Source: Wolbachia endosymbiont of Drosophila innubila (GTDB taxonomy: Bacteria; Pseudomonadota; Alphaproteobacteria; Rickettsiales; Anaplasmataceae). Taken from it: a stretch of DNA of 32,000 bases. Positions 11,137 through 20,468 of the stretch are shown here, one piece after another. Location of the stretch: NCBI RefSeq assembly GCF_021378375.1, contig NZ_CP076228.1, positions 210,001 to 242,000 on the forward strand, in the 5' to 3' direction. Position numbers and translations under genes: made by a program. Each line of letters begins with the position of its first letter. Positions within the stretch are counted from its first letter, which is position 1. The notes beneath the pieces were generated by a model that was not told where the DNA came from, ran no database searches, and saw nothing but the letters and a program-made list of their open reading frames with translations.

Positions 11137-13263
11137 ATGCCTGAACTTGGGAATATATTGCTATTGCTAGCCTGCTTATTGTCTTTGACATATTTGTTTT
11201 TACCGCTTAGTTCTTGTCGGTTTATTACCACTGCCATATTTTTTTGTGTATCAGCGTCAATGGCTATTTTGATCTACTGCCACATTACAAATGATTTTTC
11301 ACTTGAAAACGTATACTACCACTCACACACAACAAAACCTTTGATCTACAAGATTTGTGGTGTTTGGGGAAACAAAGAAGGGTCCATGTTGCTTTGGACC
11401 TTAGTGCTTGTCATGTATTTATTACTAATGGATATTTATATACCTTCTGTCATCCCAGTTTCCCCCTCTGTCATCCCAGTCTCTTCTTCTGTCATCCCAG
11501 TGCCCAGACACTGGGATCCAGACAATTTAATTGCAAATGAGTACATCAAATGGCAGTGTAATAAAAACTGGATTCCAGTGTCAAGCACTGGAATGACACC
11601 AAAACGAACTAATGGTAGTAAATTAAAAAAAATATCTCTTATCACTCATGGGCTGATTTGCTTTTGTTTTTTGCTGTTCACTTTAATTGAATCCAGCCCC
11701 TTCACTAAAATGCCAGGCATTGAAACAGATGGATTGGGTTTTAATCCGATATTGCAGGATATAGGCCTTGCTATTCATCCACCGATATTATATTTGGGGT
11801 ACCTTGGATTTAGCGTTCCTTTTTCGCTCTCTATAGCTGGATTAATTTTAAATACTGAAGGAAATGTTTGGGCTAAAATTGTCAGGCCTTGGGTACTTAT
11901 TTCTTGGTCGCTGCTCACTTTGGGCATCAGCTTGGGTAGCTGGTGGGCATATCGCGAACTTGGGTGGGGTGGATTTTGGTTTTGGGATCCAGTGGAAAAC
12001 GTTTCTTTGATGCCGTGGCTAATTGCAGTAGCGCTGACACATTTGTTGCTCGTGGTACGGAATTTCAATGTTTTAAGGAACTTTGCTATTTTACTTACGC
12101 TTACAACTTTTATATTGAGTGTGACTGGAACATTTCTAGTCCGCTCAGGAATACTTACCTCAGTGCACACGTTTGCAGATGACCCAAGATATGGACTATA
12201 TATATTAGCTCTACTTGGTGTAATTACAGTCAGTAGCTTAGTAATATTTGTAGTATTTACGAGAAAAAATCACACGCCTGCGATGTCATTCCAATGCTTG
12301 ACACTGGAATCCAGAAAGAAACTTGCTACTCAAGTGACAGAGGGTAGAAGATTCTTTTCACGCTTTACGATGATACTGATGAACAATTTATTATTCATCA
12401 CTGCCTTTTTCATCGTGTTCGTTGGCACTTTATACCCTACAGTGCTTGAGTATTTAACCGGTGAATTAATTTCAGTTGGAGCACCATATTACAATTCTTT
12501 ATTTAACTCTATTGCACTAGCTATTCTAGTGCTCACCATGATCGGGCAATACTGCAGTTGGCAGGGAAATAGTCTATTGCCAATATTCCGTGAATATAGA
12601 TTTTCATTCTGCAGTGCTGCAGCTATTTTGCCGTTTATCTTTCACATGGAGCTAATAATTGTGCTATCAATTACTATCTCCATAGCATTATTAATCTTTG
12701 TTTTAGAAGCATACAGTAAAAGAATTCGTTTATTTAAGGTAGCATTTGGTGAATCAATTTTATTAGCAAGAAGAGTTTCTAAGTCCTACTATGCAATGAT
12801 GCTTGCTCATGCTGGAGTGGCAATTCTAGTGCTTGGTATAGCTTATTCAGTTGGTTGGCAGGAGAAAAAAGAAAATTACTTAAAAATAGGGGATAGCATA
12901 ACAGTCAATAAATTTAAAGTTACTTTACGCAATATTGAGCTAATAAAAGAAAAAAATTTCCATGCAGTGAGGGGTACAATGGATATCAGGAATTTGCTGA
13001 ATAATAAGATATTAGGTGAAGTAACTCCTGAATATAGATTTTACCTTGCGGAAGGTCAGAAAAATGTTGAAAGCAGTATCTACCACAATTTGCTTTCTGA
13101 TATTTATGTTGTAATTGGAGAGATTGATAAGAGTAAGAGCAAAATCGCAGCCAAAGTGCACTATAAACCTGGAATGTCTATAATCTGGCTTGGATCCTTT
13201 CTTATCGCTTTTGGTTCGCTCCTTGCTGCTTTTCCTTTTAGTGGACGAGCAAGGATTGTCTAG
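11137..13263 (+). CDS. ccmF: Cytochrome c-type biogenesis heme lyase CcmF, carrying in-frame repeat insertions
   Basis: 708 aa polytopic protein with the WWD signature WAYRELGWGGFWFWDPVENVSLMPWL and conserved histidines. It is longer than I would expect for CcmF because of the insertions at 11449-11600 and around 12285. Confidence 0.9.
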   Translation: MPELGNILLLLACLLSLTYLFLPLSSCRFITTAIFFCVSASMAILIYCHITNDFSLENVYYHSHTTKPLIYKICGVWGNKEGSMLLWTLVLVMYLLLMDIYIPSVIPVSPSVIPVSSSVIPVPRHWDPDNLIANEYIKWQCNKNWIPVSSTGMTPKRTNGSKLKKISLITHGLICFCFLLFTLIESSPFTKMPGIETDGLGFNPILQDIGLAIHPPILYLGYLGFSVPFSLSIAGLILNTEGNVWAKIVRPWVLISWSLLTLGISLGSWWAYRELGWGGFWFWDPVENVSLMPWLIAVALTHLLLVVRNFNVLRNFAILLTLTTFILSVTGTFLVRSGILTSVHTFADDPRYGLYILALLGVITVSSLVIFVVFTRKNHTPAMSFQCLTLESRKKLATQVTEGRRFFSRFTMILMNNLLFITAFFIVFVGTLYPTVLEYLTGELISVGAPYYNSLFNSIALAILVLTMIGQYCSWQGNSLLPIFREYRFSFCSAAAILPFIFHMELIIVLSITISIALLIFVLEAYSKRIRLFKVAFGESILLARRVSKSYYAMMLAHAGVAILVLGIAYSVGWQEKKENYLKIGDSITVNKFKVTLRNIELIKEKNFHAVRGTMDIRNLLNNKILGEVTPEYRFYLAEGQKNVESSIYHNLLSDIYVVIGEIDKSKSKIAAKVHYKPGMSIIWLGSFLIAFGSLLAAFPFSGRARIV
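11449..11600. repeat. Palindromic hairpin-module element (WPE/RPE-like MITE) in frame in ccmF, including a 3x21-bp tandem
   Basis: GTCATCCCAGT recurs at 11449, 11470 and 11491 (21-bp period, encoding SVIPVSP/SVIPVSS/SVIPVPR). Module A is GTC-ATCCCAGTG-cccaga-CACTGGGAT-CCAG (11491-11521). A 46-bp spacer follows, then inverted module B CTGG-ATTCCAGTG-tcaag-CACTGGAAT-GACACC (11568-11600). Confidence 0.85.
12285..12314. repeat. Solo degenerate hairpin module of the same family, in frame in ccmF
   Basis: GTCATTCCAATGcttgacACTGGAATCCAG encodes part of ...PAMSFQCLTLESRK..., a stretch that looks extra relative to the usual CcmF segment preceding SR..LL.NN. Confidence 0.55.
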
Positions 13264-13436
13264 CTGTCGTGGATTTATTAACAACGCTCCTAGGTCCAGA
13301 GTGCAACGTATGAGAAATTACCGAGCTATAGATACTGATTTGCAAAGGTTAGAACCAAAGAAAGTTATATTTTTTTATTGACAGACCTATATATTACGAT
13401 ATTCACTAAGGGATTAGTGAGTAATGGTTATACAAT

Positions 13437-14387
13437 ATGAATGGTGGGGTATCAGGCAAGGAAAAAGTTATACGCACTCCTTTCGATTTTAAGGAGCCTT
13501 ACAGCGATTGGCGTCAAATTTTTAAACGTCCTAATCAACAGTATAACCCTTCCAACTATGATTCGTCGAGCGAAATAAATGAACACGATATAGAAACTCA
13601 AAAGATTGAAGAAGGTGATGGCCATGATTCAGGTATTAGTTCCGATGATGAGGATGACCGGACAACTTATACAGCAGTACAATTAACTAATGATTCTCTT
13701 GATAGCCAAAGATATACAGGAATATGCATTCCAACACCAACTGATGGTTGGGTAGGTGAAAATAATCATCAGACTGGTTTATCAGGTGATTTGCCAGACG
13801 TGAGTAATAATCCACAAATTTTTGAAAGTACTGATTCAGTACAGCTAGATAATATTGTTTTTAGCAATCTAATTCAGCTTTCCTTGATTAGTCAAGAGCA
13901 TAATTCTATCTGCAATGATCATGTAATTTGTGATTCAGGTCACAATTCTGACGATGAGGATCAGATTCCAGAGGACTTTCCTTCAAGGAAACGAGTACGA
14001 TCGATTGAAATTGATCAGTTTGAACCGTTGTACAAGAAGAGGAAAATAGAAGCACAAAATAATCAAAAATATACAGAAAATGTATGTAATCCAACAAATG
14101 GTGGTTTGTTAGGTGAAAGTGATAATCCACAAACTTTTGAAAGCGATCCTTTACAGCATGGTAGTAATGGTTTAGGTTATAACTTCAATGGTTATAGTCA
14201 AGCAACTTATAGTAAATTAAGTGCTTCAGATCAAGAAGAGGGTCAAGGCTATTCTTTAGGTGGTTCTTGTGAAAATAAAGAAAATTTGACAAAGGGCGCT
14301 GGTGGTAGTAATCAGACTTTTGAAGGTGAACAGAAAAGCTCAGAATTTCCGAAAGTTGACAATTGGTGTGCGCCAAGAAGTGCGTAA
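13437..14387 (+). CDS. Acidic Ser/Asp/Asn-rich repeat protein with NLS-like basic clusters (hypothetical). The native sequence ends at 14367; the last 20 nt are intron read-through
   Basis: 316 aa with no signal peptide or TM. Duplicated modules: DSGISSDDEDD/DSGHNSDDEDQ, PTPTDGWVGEN/NPTNGGLLGES, NPQIFES/NPQTFES/NQTFEG. Basic clusters RKRVR...KKRK. The ORF enters the GTGCG intron start at 14368. Confidence 0.6.
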   Translation: MNGGVSGKEKVIRTPFDFKEPYSDWRQIFKRPNQQYNPSNYDSSSEINEHDIETQKIEEGDGHDSGISSDDEDDRTTYTAVQLTNDSLDSQRYTGICIPTPTDGWVGENNHQTGLSGDLPDVSNNPQIFESTDSVQLDNIVFSNLIQLSLISQEHNSICNDHVICDSGHNSDDEDQIPEDFPSRKRVRSIEIDQFEPLYKKRKIEAQNNQKYTENVCNPTNGGLLGESDNPQTFESDPLQHGSNGLGYNFNGYSQATYSKLSASDQEEGQGYSLGGSCENKENLTKGAGGSNQTFEGEQKSSEFPKVDNWCAPRSA

Positions 14388-16172
14388 GGAACAGTTGGTG
14401 AAAATCCAACACGGGTAAAGCTTAACATTTGGTGGAAGGCAACATGGGTAATAACGCTAAGGCAAGATATTACTCACCTCATCGGGATCGAAGGCCGCGT
14501 CATGTGTTGAGATGGACCTTACGTGAACTTGGGAGATCCTTTGTATTCCTGTAAGGGTACTCTGGAACAAGTCAATAAAGGCGAGGACTGGAGGAAGATG
14601 CAAAGGAAGTCGGACTAATTGATAGTACTCGGAGTGTGGGAAAGCCACATACAAGGGGAAGCGGTTAGCAATATAGTGACTGGTATAGGGATTGCTATAC
14701 CAATACAACAGAGATTAGAGGAGTATGCAAGGAAAACTAAACCAGATAGCAGTAAGGGCTAAGCAAGATAAGCGAGTAAAATTTACATCATTAGTTCATT
14801 TGATTAATGAAGAGAATCTTGCAGAGTGTTATAAGGAACTAAAACGCAACAAGGCTTGTAGTATAGATCGTGTGACAGTGGAAGCTTATGGAGAAAATCT
14901 AGAAGAGAAACTTAAAACACTAGTGGATAGTATGAAGAGAAAACAATATCAACCGCTACCAGTGAAAAGGGTATACATACCCAAAGCCGGGAGCAAAGAG
15001 AAGCGCGGTCTCGGAATACCATCAACGGAAGATAAGTTGGTACAGGTAATGCTAAAGAAGATATTAGAAAATATTTATGAAGCAAACTTTATGGACAGCT
15101 CGTATGGATTTCGACCAGGAAGAAATTGTCATCAGGCGATAAACGCTCTAGATAAAGCAGTTATGCACAAACCAATTAACTATATTGTAGAAGTGGATAT
15201 CAAGAAGTTCTTTGATAATGTTCAACATAAATGGCTAATGAATTGTCTAAGGGAACGAATAGCTGACCCAAATTTATTGTGGTTAATAAAACGATTTCTA
15301 AAGGCAGGAATAGTCGAAGTTGGATGTTATAAAGCAACCGATCAAGGCACACCACAAGGTGGTATAGTAAGCCCTGTATTAGCTAATATATACTTACACT
15401 ATGTGCTGGACTTATGGTTTGAAAAGAAATTTAAGCCAAAAGCCAGAGGATATTTACAGCTAATAAGGTTTTGCGACGATTTTGTAGTTGGCTGCGAGAG
15501 GAAGAAGACGCAAAAGAATTTCTAGAATTACTGAAACAAAGACTAAGTAAATTTGGGTTGGAAATAGCTGAAAATAAAACAAAAATAGTAAAGTTTGGTA
15601 AGAAAGAATGGTATCAAGCAGAAAGAGAGAAACGTAGGACGGCTAGCTTCAACTTTCTAGGATTTACACATTATTGTGGAAAAGTCGTAATGGTAAACTT
15701 ATGATGAAGCAGAAAACTTCAAAAATAAGCCTAGCCAGAAAGATTAAAGAAATCAAAGAATGGTTGAAGATGGTACGAAGTCGTATCTGTTTCAAAGATT
15801 GGTGGCAGAAACTTAAAGCCAAACTAACAGGACACTATAGCTACTTCGGAGTTAGCGGAAATTATCGGTGTTTGATTCAATTCTATCGACCGGTAACAAA
15901 GTTAGCATTTAAGTGGATAAACCGACGTAGTCAAAAGAAAAGTATGGATTGGGAACAATTTATACACTATTTAAAAGTAAATCCATTACCAAAACCAAAG
16001 GTATATGTTTCTTTATACACAGGAGCACTAGTGTGAACGCTGTATTGTGGAGCCGTGTGCGGGAAATCCGCAAGCACGGTTCTTTTGGGGAGACTATGGT
16101 TATGAGACCAAATCGCTGGTTTCAAGGTCATGAGTCTCTACCAGACGTCAAGCAAGTTTTTTCGTTTCTATA
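14368..16172 (+). mobile_element. Group II intron (ribozyme plus degraded IEP); 3' boundary uncertain by about 30 nt
   Basis: The 5' end is GTGCGCC at 14368, with an abrupt rise in GC. Domain V is GAGCCGTGTGCGGGAAATCCGCAAGCACGGTTC at 16050-16082, with the AGC triad and a GAAA-type loop. A DVI-like hairpin region lies at 16087-16140. The RT/maturase ORF sits in the domain IV position. Confidence 0.85.
14725..16036 (+). pseudogene. Group II intron-encoded reverse transcriptase/maturase, two frameshifts
   Basis: Three consecutive ORFs in three frames (14725-15525, 15471-15704, 15674-16036) together read as one RT. Motifs: RGLGIPSTEDKLVQ (RT1-2), YGFRPGRNCHQA (RT3), QGTPQGGIVSPVLANIY (RT4), RFCDDFVVGCE (RT5; YADD box reads FCDD), then thumb/X WWQKLKAKLTGHYSYFG. 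The breaks lie near 15495 and at an A4 run near 15687. Confidence 0.85.
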
Positions 16173-16175
16173 AAT

Positions 16176-16205
16176 CTGGATTTCAGCGTTATGCGCTGGA
16201 ATGAC
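16176..16205. repeat. Hairpin module B of the palindromic family, just 3' of the intron
   Basis: CTGGATTTCAGcgttatgcgCTGGAATGAC resembles CTGGATTCCAG...CTGGAATGAC at 11568, 25909 and 29074. Confidence 0.6.
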
Positions 16206-16397
16206 AACGTGAGGTAAATTTTTCAACATCCCAAAATTACAGAATTCAGTCTGTTTAATTAAGTGTGAACTGTTACACGAAAATTTTGTAAACAGATTAA
16301 TATACCCTGTTTTTGCTATTCATCTAAAAATGGAACCATAGAGTACGTTGAGGAGCGTAAGCAAATTTTAATGCAAAAATTACTATCAAAAAATAGA

Positions 16398-17870
16398 TTA
16401 TGCAAGAGGTCTAATTATTCTGCCGCAATTTTGCTCTATCACACTTGCCACATTTAATATTCCAGCTTCATCATAATAATTTCCAATCACTTGCAAGGCA
16501 AGTGGTAAACCCTCATTGGAGAGCCCAACAGGAACAGAAATAGCAGGCAATCCTGCCAGACTTGCCGGCACAGTAAACACATCATTGATGCACATAATTA
16601 GCGGATCTGGCTTTTCATTTAAGCCAAAAGCTTCTGTTGGAGCAGATGGCACAAGTATGTAATCTATTTTTTCAAACGCTTTTATAAAATCATTTCTGAT
16701 TAATGCCCTGATACACTGTGCTTTTTCGTAATATTCATTGTAATGACCTGAGGAAAGCGCATAAGCGCCAATTAAAATTCTTCTTTTCACCTCTTTACCG
16801 AAACCTTCTGCTCTTGTTAGTGAATACATTTCTTCAAGGGTATCAGCATCAACCCTGAACCCATAACACACACCGTCATAACGAGCAAGATTGGATGAAG
16901 TTTCAGCAGAACAAATTAAATAATAGACTGGTATTGCATATTTAGTATGTGGCAGAGTAACGTCAACAACTTCAGCGCCATTTTCTTTTAAATAGGAAGC
17001 AACTTTCTCCCAATTATGGACTATTTCCTCTGAAATTCCATTCATCCTATATTCTTTTGGTATACCAATACGCTTACCCTTGACATCACCATTTATAAAG
17101 CTAGAAAATTTAGGCACTGGCTTTTCGCTTGATATTGAATCTTTTGTATCATAGCCACAGATTGCTTCCAGCATTAATGCTGAATCAGAGACAGAACGAG
17201 TAATGACTCCTGCTTGATCTAGAGAACTCGCAAATGCAATCATACCAAAACGCGAGCATCTTCCATAAGTTGGCTTTATTCCAACCACTCCACAATAAGC
17301 TGCTGGTTGGCGCGCAGATCCACCGGTGTCACTCCCTAGTGCTCCAGCGCATAAAAATCCAGCCACCGATGCTGCAGATCCACCAGATGATCCACCAGGA
17401 ACAACTTTTTCCCCATCGCTTTTTCTAATCCACACATTTTCAACAGGGCCAAAATAGCTATTTGTGTTCGCAGAACCCATAGCAAATTCATCCATATTAA
17501 GCTTACCGAGCATGGCTACTCCACTTTTTAAAAGCAAGTCAGACACCGTAGATTCGTAAGTCGGAACGAAATTTTCCAGCATTTTTGAGCATGCTGTTGT
17601 TTTTATTCCTTTTGTACAGAATAGATCTTTGATGCCAACTGGTACACCCATGAGCGGCGAGATTAAATCATCCTTTTGCCTAGAGAAATGTTCATCTGCA
17701 GCTTTAGCAGCTTTCATTGCTATCTCTGGGGTTTTTGTTATAAATGCATTTAATTTCTCATTTTCAACCGCACTGATGTGCGCCTCTACGAGTTCAACGG
17801 CAGAAAAACTCTTTTTTTTGAGCCCGTCATGCATTTGTGTAATACTTAACTTTCTTAGTTCATTCATCAA
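16398..17870 (-). CDS. gatA: Glu-tRNA(Gln)/Asp-tRNA(Asn) amidotransferase subunit A
   Basis: 490 aa with the amidase signature GGSSGGSAASVA and the GSDTGGSARQPAA motif. N-terminal LSITQMHDGLKKKSFSAVELVEAH is typical of GatA. Confidence 0.93.
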   Translation of the reverse strand: MMNELRKLSITQMHDGLKKKSFSAVELVEAHISAVENEKLNAFITKTPEIAMKAAKAADEHFSRQKDDLISPLMGVPVGIKDLFCTKGIKTTACSKMLENFVPTYESTVSDLLLKSGVAMLGKLNMDEFAMGSANTNSYFGPVENVWIRKSDGEKVVPGGSSGGSAASVAGFLCAGALGSDTGGSARQPAAYCGVVGIKPTYGRCSRFGMIAFASSLDQAGVITRSVSDSALMLEAICGYDTKDSISSEKPVPKFSSFINGDVKGKRIGIPKEYRMNGISEEIVHNWEKVASYLKENGAEVVDVTLPHTKYAIPVYYLICSAETSSNLARYDGVCYGFRVDADTLEEMYSLTRAEGFGKEVKRRILIGAYALSSGHYNEYYEKAQCIRALIRNDFIKAFEKIDYILVPSAPTEAFGLNEKPDPLIMCINDVFTVPASLAGLPAISVPVGLSNEGLPLALQVIGNYYDEAGILNVASVIEQNCGRIIRPLA

Positions 17871-17979
17871 TATTTAATTTTTAGCAAGACGTTAATTATA
17901 ACATGGCACGATAAAAAATCCATACATTTATAGTTACAGCTAGAAATGTAGCTAAGGTAACTTAGATTCACCGACAATC

Positions 17980-18031
17980 GTCATCCCGCTACTTGTTAGC
18001 GGCTAAGAGATACCGCAGCGGTATGACGTAG
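17980..18031. repeat. Solo unit of the second palindromic family (same as the 23913-24287 array)
   Basis: GTCATCCCGCTACTTGTTAGCGGCTAAGAGATACCGCAGCGGTATGACGTAG. Hairpins are CCGCTA/TAGCGG and ATACCGC/GCGGTAT, closed by GTCAT/ATGAC. Confidence 0.8.
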
Positions 18032-18218
18032 AAGCTATACTTTTATACTCACCAACTCAGTATCCAATCCGGATTGTATCTTAAAAAGGTCAAAAGACTA
18101 TAATAAGCAAAGGAGTGATACTGTGTCTGAGTGAAAATCGTTGAGATCCCAGTGTCTGCTGCTTGCATAGCATTTATTTACAAAAAAATAGTCATGCAAG
18201 AGACTTTGCTTGGATATT

Positions 18219-18227
18219 TGATATAAT
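18219..18227 (+). promoter_or_regulatory. Possible extended -10 promoter (TGaTATAAT) for mtaB
   Basis: TGATATAAT lies 30 nt upstream of the mtaB ATG. There is no convincing -35. AT-rich genomes give many chance matches. Confidence 0.3.
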
Positions 18228-18256
18228 TTAGGTCTATTAAAGCAAAAAATACTAAC

Positions 18257-19483
18257 ATGAATAAAGTGATAACATTTGGTTGTCGTCTAAATTTTTACGA
18301 GAGCGAGTTAATCAAAGAAGCATTAAAAAAAGCAAAGAGAGAAAATGTTGTTGTGGTGCATAGCTGTGCAGTGACAAACGAAGCAGAACGTCAGGTAAAG
18401 CAAAAGATACGTAAGATTTACAAAAATGATCCAAATAAAGAAATTATCGTAGTTGGTTGTGCTGTTCAGTTGGATCCAGAAGTTTACAGTAGCATTCCTG
18501 GTGTAAGTAAAGTGCTCGGTAATCAAGATAAGCTAAAAGCTGAAAATTACTTACTAAATGACGATAAAATCTTGGTCAGTGATAACCAAGTAGAACCTGT
18601 TCTAATTAATGGATTTGAAGATAAGTCAAGGGCATTTATTGAAATTCAAAATGGTTGTAATCATAGCTGCACATTTTGTTCAATTACTGAGGCAAGAGGG
18701 AATAATCGATCTGTGCCAATAAACAGTATTATAGAGCAAATCAGGATCTTTGTAGAAAATGGATATCAAGAAGTAGTGTTTACAGGGGTTGATATTACTG
18801 ACTTTGGTACAGATTTGTTGGGTAAGCCATCACTTGGTTCAATGATTAGGAGAGTTTTAAAGGATATACCAGAGTTGAAGAGGCTAAGACTTTCCTCTAT
18901 CGATGTTGCTGAAGTTGACGACGAATTAATGGATTTAATAGCTAATGAGTCAAGACTTATGCCTCATTTACATTTGAGTCTACAATCTGGTAATAATTTA
19001 ATACTAAAGAGAATGAAGCGTCGTCACAACAGAGAACAAGTGATAGAATTTTGTCATAAAATGAAGAGCTTGAGGCCTAATATAGCATTTGGCGCTGATA
19101 TTATTGCTGGATTTCCAACAGAAACTGATGAAATGTTTCAGGATACAGTTGATTTACTGAAAAAAACAAATATAGTTTACCTACATGCTTTTCCATATTC
19201 AGAGCGGAAAAATACACCTGCTGCACGAATGCCACAAGTACCAGAGAATGTGCGTAAAGAACGAGTAAAAAATTTAAGAGAAGTAAATAAAGAAATTATG
19301 AGCAGTTTTTGTCAATCCTTGATCAACACTAAGCAAAGTGTTCTGGTTGAGCAAAATAATGTCGGTAGAGCAGAAAATTTTGCATTAATAAAGCTTGAAT
19401 CAAAAGCTCAAGCCAAGAGTATTGTGAAAGTTAATGTTAAAGGAGTGGAAAATAATTATCTAATTGGAAATATTTTTTCTTAA
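18257..19483 (+). CDS. mtaB: Radical-SAM methylthiotransferase, MtaB/MiaB-like
   Basis: 408 aa. N-terminal UPF0004 domain (ITFGCRLNFYESE...HSCAVT), radical SAM cluster motif CNHSCTFCSI, and a C-terminal TRAM-like region. The size and N-terminus fit MtaB better than MiaB. Confidence 0.8.
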   Translation: MNKVITFGCRLNFYESELIKEALKKAKRENVVVVHSCAVTNEAERQVKQKIRKIYKNDPNKEIIVVGCAVQLDPEVYSSIPGVSKVLGNQDKLKAENYLLNDDKILVSDNQVEPVLINGFEDKSRAFIEIQNGCNHSCTFCSITEARGNNRSVPINSIIEQIRIFVENGYQEVVFTGVDITDFGTDLLGKPSLGSMIRRVLKDIPELKRLRLSSIDVAEVDDELMDLIANESRLMPHLHLSLQSGNNLILKRMKRRHNREQVIEFCHKMKSLRPNIAFGADIIAGFPTETDEMFQDTVDLLKKTNIVYLHAFPYSERKNTPAARMPQVPENVRKERVKNLREVNKEIMSSFCQSLINTKQSVLVEQNNVGRAENFALIKLESKAQAKSIVKVNVKGVENNYLIGNIFS

Positions 19484-19528
19484 TTTTTGTACATTGAAGA
19501 AATATACGATATAGTAATTATACTGTAA

Positions 19529-20461
19529 ATGATAATTGTGAATTCATTTATGATAACTAGAATATCTATTACTTTATTTTTGATTTTCATTTCATGTGTC
19601 TATTTTTTTATTACTTATATTAGTAATGATACACACATTGAGCAAGTACAACCCTTAAAATTAGAAACAGACAATAATAAAAGTGTGATACGTTCTGAGG
19701 AGGTTACTGCAAAAGAAATACCAATAAAATATCAAGAACTTGAAAGTAGTCCACCTTCTGTTTTCCAAGTAGCTGATCAGAAAAATATGTGGTCACGTAT
19801 TGCAGATCAAGCTGAGCCTACAAAAGAAAAATCAAAAAAACTTGATTTTTATGTTAGCGCTAACGGTGGTAAGGTATACCATGATAATTCAGAAATATTT
19901 GTAAAGGGTATACAAGAAATAGGAAAAAGAGTCCTAACTTTAGTTGAAAGTCATTATGGTTTTATAATAAAAAATATAGTGGCAGATGAAATTAAAAGTA
20001 TACAGCAATTTGATGGTAAATTTGATTTCCAGTGGTTTAGCAGCATGTCTTTAGGTTACTATGCTGGAGAAAATGGTAAAATTGATTTTGAAGCCGCGTA
20101 TTCTATAGCCAATATTGAAGATAGTAATTCTCCTCCGGTATTTGATAAATCAGCAAGTATATTTGCGTTTTTGTTAAACTTCTATTATAATCCCAGCGTT
20201 CAGGATACACAATTTGCTCCGTACATCGGTCTTGGTATAGGACCAACAGTTTTTAGATTAAAAAGGATTAATGGGTCACCCCAAAATTCAATGCCACTGA
20301 ATGTTCCTTGGTTTGCTTATCAAATAAAACTTGGTGTTGATTATTCAATAATCCCAGAAATCAAAACCTTTCTCGGCTATCGTTACTTTAGCGTTCCGAT
20401 ACCTGTTGCAGATGACATATCTACTCACAATATTGAAGTTGGTTTGATATTTAATTTTTAG
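19529..20461 (+). CDS. Outer-membrane beta-barrel protein (surface-antigen/OMP_b-brl type) with a ~100-aa non-barrel N-terminal region
   Basis: N-terminal hydrophobic signal or anchor. The C-terminal half has alternating-hydrophobic strands (FAPYIGLGIGPTVF, FAYQIKLGVDYSI, FLGYRYFSV) and ends in the OMP motif VGLIFNF. Confidence 0.65.
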   Translation: MIIVNSFMITRISITLFLIFISCVYFFITYISNDTHIEQVQPLKLETDNNKSVIRSEEVTAKEIPIKYQELESSPPSVFQVADQKNMWSRIADQAEPTKEKSKKLDFYVSANGGKVYHDNSEIFVKGIQEIGKRVLTLVESHYGFIIKNIVADEIKSIQQFDGKFDFQWFSSMSLGYYAGENGKIDFEAAYSIANIEDSNSPPVFDKSASIFAFLLNFYYNPSVQDTQFAPYIGLGIGPTVFRLKRINGSPQNSMPLNVPWFAYQIKLGVDYSIIPEIKTFLGYRYFSVPIPVADDISTHNIEVGLIFNF

Positions 20462-20468
20462 TGATAAT

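Noticed and set aside
11436-11645. Minus-strand ORF ending ...GMTEEETGMTEGETGMTEGI, which looks like a repeat protein
   Set aside because: It is the antisense reading of the 21-bp triplicated palindromic element inside ccmF. The periodicity comes from the DNA repeat, not from a gene.
13378-13406. TTGACA with an A/T-rich upstream tract ahead of the acidic ORF, as a possible promoter
   Set aside because: The best -10 candidates (TATTCA or ATTCAC at 16-17 nt spacing) are poor. In roughly one-third-GC DNA such partial matches are expected by chance.
14457-14708. 83-aa minus-strand ORF, plus ORF 15949..16173 (+)
   Set aside because: Both lie within the group II intron ribozyme domains (the DI-DIII region, and the IEP 3' end through DV-DVI respectively). 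They are chance open frames in GC-richer RNA-coding DNA.
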